From contig JBECUI020000057.1 in assembly GCA_040954595.2 (NCBI GenBank), positions 1 to 50,604 of the forward strand: DNA of 50,604 nt, given 5' to 3'. Origin of the DNA: Balanoglossus misakiensis (Eukaryota; Animalia; Hemichordata). Under the pieces are notes generated by a model. That model searched no databases and was not told the origin of the DNA. It saw nothing but the letters and a program-made list of their open reading frames with translations. How positions within the stretch are numbered: position 1 is the stretch's first letter; each line of letters starts with the position of its first letter. Positions 43,129-50,604 of the stretch are shown here, in pieces. A program made the translations under genes and the position numbers.

Positions 43129-43222
43129 TTTGATTGAAGTGGGTGCGGATATTTATCAATTTTTTTCAGGGGTGGTATTAAGAACTACTGCGAAATGTGC
43201 GGTTTTGATTGAAGTAGGTGCA
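43129..43222. repeat. internally deleted copy of the ~108-bp repeat
   Basis: The T run joins directly to CAGGGGTGG; the C-rich segment GTATGATCCCCCCATCCACAACCCCCACCCA is missing. Confidence 0.85.
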
Positions 43223-43255
43223 TATTTTACTTGATTTTTTGGCTCTACCTCAAAC

Positions 43256-43287
43256 AAAAAAAGCAGCGGAGGCTATGCTCCGCTGCT
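43256..43287 (-). terminator. rho-independent terminator of lipoprotein gene 1
   Basis: Same AGCAGCGGAG/CTCCGCTGCT stem and T run. Confidence 0.88.
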
Positions 43288-43289
43288 AT

Positions 43290-43332
43290 CTATCGGATTC
43301 TATCGATTTCTATTGATTTCTACTGATTTCTA
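43290..43332 (-). repeat. degenerate 10-bp tandem microrepeat TAGAA(A/T)xCxx beginning at the stop codon
   Basis: The minus strand reads TAGAAATCAG TAGAAATCAA TAGAAATCGA TAGAATCCGA TAG. Shorter versions lie at 29959-29981 and 37070-37092. Confidence 0.8.
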
Positions 43333-46300
43333 CTGTGCCTTGTATTCGGGCTGTTCACCAAAAAAGAATCTATCTGCTGTATCCCAGAGACTTGGCCATC
43401 TGCCGTCACCTACCCAGACCCAGTCGCCTATCTCGGAAGGAGTGCTTCCACTATAGTCTGTCGAACCAAAACTATCATGTATTGTCCACTGAGCAGTATT
43501 AAAGACTTGTAGGTCATCGACTACATCTGTGGTACCCTTTGTGTCCCAGTAGGTGTAGGGATCGGTTCCTGTTCCTGCTCCACGCCGTACTAGGTTGGCT
43601 TCAGCAGAAACCCATTGTTCAAAATCATCACTTCGATGGGCATTTTGATTAAGGAAACTAGTAGTAGTGCTCATTAACAGGTTACCAGATACCACATTCT
43701 GATCAGCATAGACGGAGGCAATGTTCCAACCCTGCTGCCCGTTGTACACGGTAAATACAAGGGCAAATAAACTTGCCGGGCTCCTAAACGTTGTGAAGCC
43801 CGTTAGTGGTGCACCTAACTTCTCTCCTGCTAAACCTGTAGGAGTCTGCCCCCCAGACCCAGTGCCAACAGAATATCCGGTTGTGGCGGCGTACATAGTT
43901 CCTACAAGTGAACCAGCTCTACGAGATGTCGAAGATCGTAACGAAAGATGAACATCCGTATAACCAAACATACGTGAGGCAGTGCCGGTCGTATGGTAGG
44001 TAACCAGACCTGCTAATCCACCAAGATTATTCGTCCCACTTATTATAGCGCCTCCAGTAACACTTCCTATCACGACAATAGGATTCTGTTCGATACCTCT
44101 TGAAACATATCGCTGAATCTTTCCTGCAATGCCACCTACGGCCTCATTGCCGTAAACAGATGCAGTCGATCGAATTCCAACAATACTTGTGCCTTCAGCA
44201 TAACCCGTAATACCTCCAACTTGGTCTCTACCGGAAATATGTGGCACAGTAGGATCGTCAGTTACTATGCTAATGTTTGATATTACACTATTCCGACCTG
44301 CTTGACCTACTATAGCACCAACATAATCTCGTCCATAAACATGAGGATTGACCAATACCAAATTTGTAATCCGTCTACCACTCCCTATCTGGCTAATGAG
44401 TCCGACATTGTCAACTCCTGTCCTATGGATGTACAGATCTTCAATGGTATGACCTTGACCATCTAAGTTAGAGCTGAAAGAAAAAAGTATCAAGCCCTCA
44501 GTCGGAAAGGCATAGGTCCCGGGTGCCGGAAACCTAATATCTTTCATTATTTGATATGAGCGGTTAGTCTTATGCCGAATGGCCTGAAGATCTCGCCAAG
44601 TATGAATCTCTCCTTCAGGGCGTTTGCTCTTCTGAAGGGTAAGCGAAACTTGCCCACCTGATGCTAATGGACGATTTAAGGTTGCTACTATACGAACTTG
44701 ATCGCCCGTTATGCTTTGCCAATTGGAATACGTCATTTGTGGACCAAAACCTACAATAGGAAATCCGTTTTCATCCTCCGAAACTGTAAGCAAGGTAGCA
44801 TCATTAGTAGCAGTGTAGACATCAGTATTCGTTACTAGATCTGTTATAAGCAAGCTGGCTGTTAATCCGTCAGCCGTGCTTTCTCCCGTCAAAAAGAGGA
44901 AAGGGTTATCAATGTCTCCCATACTAAAGTACCCTTGTTCTTCAATATCAAAATCAGCCTTATATTCAATAGAACTTGATATTACATATAATATATAGTC
45001 AATGGTAACAGTTCCAACAAAAAAGTCAGATATTGGCGGAGCAGCAGTAATTGTTAGCGTATACTGCCCTGCAGACAAGGAATCCAATACTTGCAAGCCT
45101 CCGTTCGACTGATTAATGGTAATAGCTCCGATCGGCATGTTCGCTCCCTGGGGAGGCGTTACCACGAGGCTCCATATTACAGAATCTACAGGAAGAGGAA
45201 GTGTGTACTGTGGCTCGGAGGGAAATAAGCTAAAATTTTTCGTATCTCCTACCAATACTGATAAACGATCTTCGTACATGAACTGCCCCTCAAAAGGTTT
45301 TTTAATGGTCAGAACAATATCTTCCAAAACAATGCTTCCAAGATAGTTGCCAGTCGGGGACGAAGTTGCCGTAACGTCTACTGTATACTGACTATCAGAA
45401 ACAGCCTCTGTTACTGTTATTCTTCCGTCGTTTCCAATGGATATGCCCGGAATATCACTTATGCTCCATATCGGATTTGGATCATTAATGGTATTCACAG
45501 TAAGTTCAAGCGATGTTCCTGCTATTACTTCGGGATTCGCCCCGTAACTAAACGTTCCCATTATAGCTGTTTTTACGGACACTATTATCTCTATGCTTAT
45601 CTCCCCCGAATATCCGGTGCTTGTAGCTGTTGCGGTAATCGTTACTGTTACTGGGCCCTGGGGAACTGTATTATCCACTGTTATCGTACCAGTTGCCGCA
45701 TTAATGGTCATGCCGGAGGGATTGCCCGTCATGCTCCAGCGGGGAGCAGGATCATTCAAAGTATTCTCGGTAAGCTCCAGTGAAAACCCTTCCGCGACTA
45801 TGCTATCCCCATGCAAAAACGATCCTGTAAGTCTCAACGTAGTAACAGTTAGGGTTATTGTCTGTGATACAGGATTATTATATCCATTAGCAGTGGCTGT
45901 TACCACTATCTGATAGGTATCCACCTGAGTAGTTCCTAAAACAATTATACGCCCATCTGCTCCTACAGTTACGCCAGCAGGTAAAGGAAGGCCGTTTTCA
46001 AGTGTGGCAGTATACGATAATACTGTACCTGCCGGTAAATTTTGTGGAGATGGATCGAGTCCGTGCTCTTGACCAAAAAGAGTTGCAATGCTATCGGTGT
46101 TGTAGAGGATAACATTCTCTAATCCGGGCATGGTTACCGTTACCATTGCAGATTTTGTAGGATCTGCCTCTGCTGTTGCCGTAATGGTTGCCGTACCGTC
46201 CGAGACTGCAGAAATAACGCCTGCTGGTGTTACTGTTGCCTTTGTTTCATCGGAACTTGTCCAGAGTATATTCGTATTTGCCACATTAACAAAGAATGTA

Positions 46301-49300
46301 TGGGGAACTAGTAGCTGTTTTGTTTGATTAACATCTATGGTCAGTTCCGTTATCTTTCCGTTATTGTCATGTATCTCCAGCTGTCCTATACCGTTACTGA
46401 CTAATGTAACCGGAGCTGTCCACGCACTTTCCATGCTAGGATCGCTAGAATTGTTCGTACGAATTTGGATCTCATACGGGCTTGCTTCATCAAGAGAGGT
46501 TATGGTTATGCTCGGTGTCGCAACTGTTCCTCCATTGATCCAAGCGCTTTCGCCTTCTACCCGATACTGGACGGTGTAGGTGTTCGCAACTAAATTACCG
46601 TTTAGATCTGTTCCACGAGTAGCGGCATCCCAGTTCAGAGCAAGGGTTCCTTTCTCGCTTACCGCATTATCCTTCGTAATAGTATCCTTATTGACTACCC
46701 CCGGTGCAGTCGCACCAGATGCGTTTGTCCTTACCGTTTGAGTGGGGCTTGTTTCATCTACAATGCCGCCGGTTAAGAACGCCTTAATGACTACATAGTA
46801 GTCAGTCTCCGGGAGCAAATTATCAATGATAACTGTCCATTTCCCTTCGACTAGTGTCGGGGCTGCCTGTTCATTGGCTGGGTTTTCTATATCAGTACTC
46901 GTATCAGAAAAATAGACGGTGTAGGTTACATCAATATCAACGATGGGTGCCCAAGTCAGTACTATGCTTGTTGCTGATGGTTCAGATTCTATAACAAACT
47001 CTCTTACTTGTGGGGATTCTACCGTTACTGTTAGGTCTTGGGTTGCACTACTGGTATAGCCATCTGCTGTTGCTGTAATGCTGAGTGTGGATGTACCAAG
47101 TTCTGCATCCGAATCCAGACTAATGGTTCCATCCGATGCAAGGCTTATGCCTACAGGTAATGGATTTCCGTCGCTTAGTGTTCCCGTATAGGATAGTTCC
47201 AGACCGGCAACCGGAAGTCCTTGCGGATTTGCTCCTAGGACTGCTGTGGTAACCGGATAGGTAGCTGTAAGCGTTGCCGGGTCATACAGGATGACGTTCT
47301 CTAATCCGGGCACAGTTACCGTTACAGTTGCCGTGTTTGTGGAATCTGCCGCTGCTGCTGCCGTAATGGTTGCCGTACCGTCTGAGACTGCAGAAACAAC
47401 TCCTCCTGTTACTGTTGCCTTTGTTTCATCGGAACTTGTCCAATTTACATTGGCATCAGCAACATTGATAAACAATGATGCAGGAACTGTTAGGGTTTTT
47501 TGCTGTCCAACAGGAAGGGTCAACGTGTTCCCGGGGATCTCATTGCCATTGGCATCTCGTATCTCAAGTGTACGAATACCGTTGCTGGTAAGGGTTACAG
47601 GCGGTTCTGTCCAAGGGCTCGCTTTAGTTATATCAACGCTATGCACTGCCTCTATACGAATAGCGTAATCGGTCGCTTCGTCCAAGCCTGTTAGTGTAAG
47701 AGTCGTGTCCGTTATACCTTCTTGAGTGAACAATTCGTTTGATCTCAGATTTTGATACTCAACATTGTACGTGCTTGCAATTGGATTGCCGTCATCATCG
47801 GTTCCTTCTGAGACAAGCCAGTTAATTTTTAAGTTTCCTTGCCCCTTCTCCGTATTATCTTTGACTATTCCTGAAACCGCATCGGGAGCCGAAACACCTG
47901 AGGCTCGTGTGTCTATTGTTAATATCTCACTTGTTGCCGTTGCACCTCCTTGACTCTCCGCTTGCACCACTACATAGTAGGATGTTTCCGGGGTTAATCC
48001 AGTAATATCCAATGTCCACCAAGCAGTACCCGGATCCAGTGTCGGTGCATCCTGCTTGTTGGCATTATCAATTAATCCTGCTTCCGCAGTTGCCAGATAG
48101 ACGGTGTATGTAAGTTCTGCTGCTGAAATTGGTTCCCAGCGAACTGTAATGCGTCTTGCTGCCGATGATCTCTGCACATCCACAAACCCTGTTACCTGTA
48201 CTGTAACCGTTGCAGTTTTACTCGCATCTGCATTTGATGTCGCCGTAATTGTTACGCCATCGGTAACTGCCAATGCCCTTATCTCTCCATTCAGCACCGA
48301 AACTTCCTGTTCGTTACTACTTTCCCAATCAATATTCGTATTCTCTACATTAACAAAAACCGATGAGGGAACACTTAGGATCGCTCCCTCGGCTATTGCC
48401 AAGGTCAGAGTAGTTAGGTCCACGCCATTTTGTTGAATAAGCAGAGGTTTAATACCGTTGCTGGTAAGAACGACAGGTGGGTCGGTCTCACTTACTAAAT
48501 CGGAATTAAAACTGTTTACTGCTTGTATACGAATCTCGTAATCGGTCGCTTCTTCCAGCCCGGTTAAGGTAAGTGTCGGGTCACTCGTGCCCACTTGACT
48601 GAGTGGGGCGTCCGATGTTCCCACCTTTTGATACTTTACAGTGTAAATGCTTTCAACAGTATCCCCATTCGTATTTGTTCCTCGTGAGTCCTGCCAGTTC
48701 AACTTGAGGTTGCCTGCTGTCTTCTCGGCATCATCCTTTACAATGTTGCTCACCATATTGGGGGCTACTGCCTCCAATCCAAATGTTGTTACCTGCAAAG
48801 GAGCACTTTCTATGTTTTCGCTCGGTACGGTAACAACAATGTAATAGGGGGTATTCGGTTCTAGCCCATCAATGGTCAATGACCAAAGGGATAAATCTGC
48901 TTGAAAGGATGGGGCTGCCTGCTCATTCGCCGCATCTATTATTCCGGTCTCTGTTGTTGCCAAATAGACCGTATAGGTCAGGTCTCGGGAGGAAATGGGT
49001 TGCCAACTAACTGTAATGGATCGGGCTGATTGAGATGCGGATGGTTCCAAAGTGCCCAGCTGTTCGGCTGATGTTTGTACGGTGGCAGGTGCCGGTATGG
49101 AAGTACTATCTCCGTTTGGATATATTGCTGTAACCTCAACTGCATACTCCGTTGCCGGATCAAGGTTGGAAATAAGGGTAGATAGCTCGCCAGCAGCAAC
49201 GGAAATAGGATCTAAGGCTGCTCCACCTGTTGGTGTTAATTGGATTGTATATCCCTGAACATCGCTACGTCCAGTCGGGGCTGTCCACGATACTCTTATC

Positions 49301-49740
49301 TGAGTTGCAGCATCATTGCCTGCAGCAGTTGCTACATCGCTTACGCTTGTTCCTGCTTCTGCAACCTTACCGGTTGCCGGTAAATCAAAACGTGCTACCT
49401 GAGAAGAAGAAGTGCCCTGCTTGGCTACGACTTCTACTGTGTAGACTGTTTCCGCACTTAACTGCAATCCTGAAAATGTATGCGATATACCAGTTACATC
49501 TGTTGTTTGTACCAGTGTATTTCCCGAACTTAGGGTTATGGTGTACGTATAGGTGTCTGTGCCTGTACTCGGTGCAGACCATGAAACTGTAATTGCATCG
49601 GCTGCTACGAACTGTGCTCGTACTCCCGTTGCCGGGTCAACAACTATCGTTTCTCCCCCTCCTCCAGATGCACCCCCACAAGCTGAAAGAACAACAACTA
49701 ACACAACACTAATAGCAATCAACAATGCTTTATAACTCAT
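43330..49740 (-). CDS. giant surface lipoprotein copy 1, intact, 2136 aa (FN3, Big_2/Ig-like and GLUG-type tip)
   Basis: Lipobox LSA-C plus Gly tether; FN3 motifs (VSW..P...Y...GL.P.T.Y.V.V.A); Big_2 motifs (WTSSDETKATV..G.V.AVS.GTATITA); Ig-like repeats; GLUG-like repeats (VGAIVG, VGGITG, VGGIAG, LGGLAG). Confidence 0.93.
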   Translation of the reverse strand: MSYKALLIAISVVLVVVLSACGGASGGGGETIVVDPATGVRAQFVAADAITVSWSAPSTGTDTYTYTITLSSGNTLVQTTDVTGISHTFSGLQLSAETVYTVEVVAKQGTSSSQVARFDLPATGKVAEAGTSVSDVATAAGNDAATQIRVSWTAPTGRSDVQGYTIQLTPTGGAALDPISVAAGELSTLISNLDPATEYAVEVTAIYPNGDSTSIPAPATVQTSAEQLGTLEPSASQSARSITVSWQPISSRDLTYTVYLATTETGIIDAANEQAAPSFQADLSLWSLTIDGLEPNTPYYIVVTVPSENIESAPLQVTTFGLEAVAPNMVSNIVKDDAEKTAGNLKLNWQDSRGTNTNGDTVESIYTVKYQKVGTSDAPLSQVGTSDPTLTLTGLEEATDYEIRIQAVNSFNSDLVSETDPPVVLTSNGIKPLLIQQNGVDLTTLTLAIAEGAILSVPSSVFVNVENTNIDWESSNEQEVSVLNGEIRALAVTDGVTITATSNADASKTATVTVQVTGFVDVQRSSAARRITVRWEPISAAELTYTVYLATAEAGLIDNANKQDAPTLDPGTAWWTLDITGLTPETSYYVVVQAESQGGATATSEILTIDTRASGVSAPDAVSGIVKDNTEKGQGNLKINWLVSEGTDDDGNPIASTYNVEYQNLRSNELFTQEGITDTTLTLTGLDEATDYAIRIEAVHSVDITKASPWTEPPVTLTSNGIRTLEIRDANGNEIPGNTLTLPVGQQKTLTVPASLFINVADANVNWTSSDETKATVTGGVVSAVSDGTATITAAAAADSTNTATVTVTVPGLENVILYDPATLTATYPVTTAVLGANPQGLPVAGLELSYTGTLSDGNPLPVGISLASDGTISLDSDAELGTSTLSITATADGYTSSATQDLTVTVESPQVREFVIESEPSATSIVLTWAPIVDIDVTYTVYFSDTSTDIENPANEQAAPTLVEGKWTVIIDNLLPETDYYVVIKAFLTGGIVDETSPTQTVRTNASGATAPGVVNKDTITKDNAVSEKGTLALNWDAATRGTDLNGNLVANTYTVQYRVEGESAWINGGTVATPSITITSLDEASPYEIQIRTNNSSDPSMESAWTAPVTLVSNGIGQLEIHDNNGKITELTIDVNQTKQLLVPHTFFVNVANTNILWTSSDETKATVTPAGVISAVSDGTATITATAEADPTKSAMVTVTMPGLENVILYNTDSIATLFGQEHGLDPSPQNLPAGTVLSYTATLENGLPLPAGVTVGADGRIIVLGTTQVDTYQIVVTATANGYNNPVSQTITLTVTTLRLTGSFLHGDSIVAEGFSLELTENTLNDPAPRWSMTGNPSGMTINAATGTITVDNTVPQGPVTVTITATATSTGYSGEISIEIIVSVKTAIMGTFSYGANPEVIAGTSLELTVNTINDPNPIWSISDIPGISIGNDGRITVTEAVSDSQYTVDVTATSSPTGNYLGSIVLEDIVLTIKKPFEGQFMYEDRLSVLVGDTKNFSLFPSEPQYTLPLPVDSVIWSLVVTPPQGANMPIGAITINQSNGGLQVLDSLSAGQYTLTITAAPPISDFFVGTVTIDYILYVISSSIEYKADFDIEEQGYFSMGDIDNPFLFLTGESTADGLTASLLITDLVTNTDVYTATNDATLLTVSEDENGFPIVGFGPQMTYSNWQSITGDQVRIVATLNRPLASGGQVSLTLQKSKRPEGEIHTWRDLQAIRHKTNRSYQIMKDIRFPAPGTYAFPTEGLILFSFSSNLDGQGHTIEDLYIHRTGVDNVGLISQIGSGRRITNLVLVNPHVYGRDYVGAIVGQAGRNSVISNISIVTDDPTVPHISGRDQVGGITGYAEGTSIVGIRSTASVYGNEAVGGIAGKIQRYVSRGIEQNPIVVIGSVTGGAIISGTNNLGGLAGLVTYHTTGTASRMFGYTDVHLSLRSSTSRRAGSLVGTMYAATTGYSVGTGSGGQTPTGLAGEKLGAPLTGFTTFRSPASLFALVFTVYNGQQGWNIASVYADQNVVSGNLLMSTTTSFLNQNAHRSDDFEQWVSAEANLVRRGAGTGTDPYTYWDTKGTTDVVDDLQVFNTAQWTIHDSFGSTDYSGSTPSEIGDWVWVGDGRWPSLWDTADRFFFGEQPEYKAQ

Positions 49741-49800
49741 TTATAACCTCTCTGTTTTTATTGAGTAATGTACTTTGGTATATTTTTTATACAGTCATAT

Positions 49801-49829
49801 ATTATAGTGTCAAAATATGCAAACGACAA
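49801..49829 (-). promoter_or_regulatory. sigma70 promoter of lipoprotein gene 1
   Basis: TTGTCG (49829-49824), a 17-bp spacer, then TATAAT (49806-49801); GAGAGG RBS. Confidence 0.72.
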
Positions 49830-49852
49830 GCCCCTAAAGCAAAATATACATG

Positions 49853-50187
49853 TTTGATTGAAGTATGTGCGGATATTTATCAATTTTTTTGTATAATGCC
49901 CCCATCCACAACCCCCACCCATCAGGGGTGGTATTAAGAACTACTGCGAAATGTGCGGTTTTGATTGAAGTATGTGCGGATATTTATCAATTTTTTTTTG
50001 TATGATCCCCCCATCCACAACCCCCACCCATCAGGGGTGGTATTAAGAACTACTGCGAAATGTGCGGTTTTGATTGAAGTAGGTGCGGATATTTATCAAT
50101 TTTTTTTTGTATGATCCCCCCATCCACAGCCCCCACCCATCAGGGGTGGTATTAAGAACTACTGCGAAATGTGCGGTTTTGATTGAA
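49853..50187. repeat. tandem repeat, three units of 107-109 bp
   Basis: TTGATTGAA recurs at 49854, 49961, 50070 and 50179. The units differ mainly in T-run length and a few substitutions. Confidence 0.95.
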
Positions 50188-50228
50188 ATTTAAGCTGTAA
50201 TTTTTACTTAAAACTTCATTGACTGGTA

Positions 50229-50604
50229 TTATAGTGGCTGAGTTCCAGCAGATTCTTTATCAAGTATGCAATTCCCATTGGGGTGCAACAAGAGGTAAGA
50301 TACCGGATTGGCAGGTGATACAGTATCAGCACGAACAAGTGAGTCGACAACACTCCTTTTATGGACGCCTGTTGCTAATAGAAGTATCTTTTTTGCTGAG
50401 AATATTCCACTCAGTCCAATAGTCATACCACCTTTGAGCAAGATTGTTTCTTTTTGTATCATAGGATGTTCAAGAGATGTCTGTGATAAATCGCTATGGT
50501 GCACATTGATCTGGAGTTCCGAGCCTGGTTCATTAAACCCTATATGACCGTTCAGTCCTATGCCCAATACGCATAAATCGATATCCATATCGGCTATCTC
50601 TTGT
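50229..50604 (-). CDS. nagB: glucosamine-6-phosphate deaminase family protein, 5' part outside the window
   Basis: IDLCVLGIGLNGHIGFNEPG...TIGL..IFSAKKILLLATG..K...P.SYLLLHPN...LDKE. Confidence 0.85.
   Translation of the reverse strand, partial: QEIADMDIDLCVLGIGLNGHIGFNEPGSELQINVHHSDLSQTSLEHPMIQKETILLKGGMTIGLSGIFSAKKILLLATGVHKRSVVDSLVRADTVSPANPVSYLLLHPNGNCILDKESAGTQPL

Noticed and set aside
43001-43234. Small plus-strand ORFs (MLYNSFITSLF...) repeated at 36748, 43001 and 49725
   Set aside because: They overlap the promoter and repeat region antisense, differ in length and frame downstream, and show no coding signature.
30936-49735. Many repeated plus-strand ORFs inside the lipoprotein genes
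   Set aside because: They are antisense shadows of Thr/Val/Ala-rich coding sequence and recur only because the host genes are duplicated.
49853-50187. CRISPR array
   Set aside because: The units are 107-109 bp and nearly identical throughout, with no unique spacers and no cas genes in the window.

Overview
This is a bacterial chromosomal window, most likely from a spirochaete (short Smc, PUR-family protein, ffh-rpsP-khpA-rimM-trmD-rplS order). The many single-base frameshifts, several in essential genes, point to an imperfectly polished long-read assembly. (1) 1-12.6 kb is housekeeping: leuA, cimA, tRNA-Glu/Gln, coaD, yraN, rplS, trmD, rimM, khpA, rpsP, ffh, a TPR lipoprotein, smc, rnhB, a PUR-family gene and tRNA-Gly. 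(2) 12.8-22.5 kb is a nine-gene minus-strand envelope transport operon I cannot assign to a named system: an Omp85/POTRA barrel, three related TPR-like proteins, a LolD-like ATPase, two near-identical LolC/E-like permeases, a second outer-membrane barrel and a LolA-like carrier. A 230-bp spacer in it is a collapsed fossil of a duplicated part of the same operon. (3) 22.8-29.7 kb holds tatD, an orphan sugar-binding protein and a sugar/polyol catabolic cluster. (4) 29.8-50.2 kb is a tandem array of three giant FN3/Ig/GLUG lipoprotein genes. They have near-identical stalks, variable module numbers, patchwork mosaicism and divergent tips. Each has its own sigma70 promoter, three-frame stop microrepeat and terminator, and each is bracketed by a ~108-bp G-rich/hairpin repeat. 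(5) The window ends in the 3' part of nagB. The best candidates for new biology are the variable surface-lipoprotein array with its repeat element and the Omp85-TPR-Lol-like operon. All functional calls come from motif recognition by eye; no searches were run.
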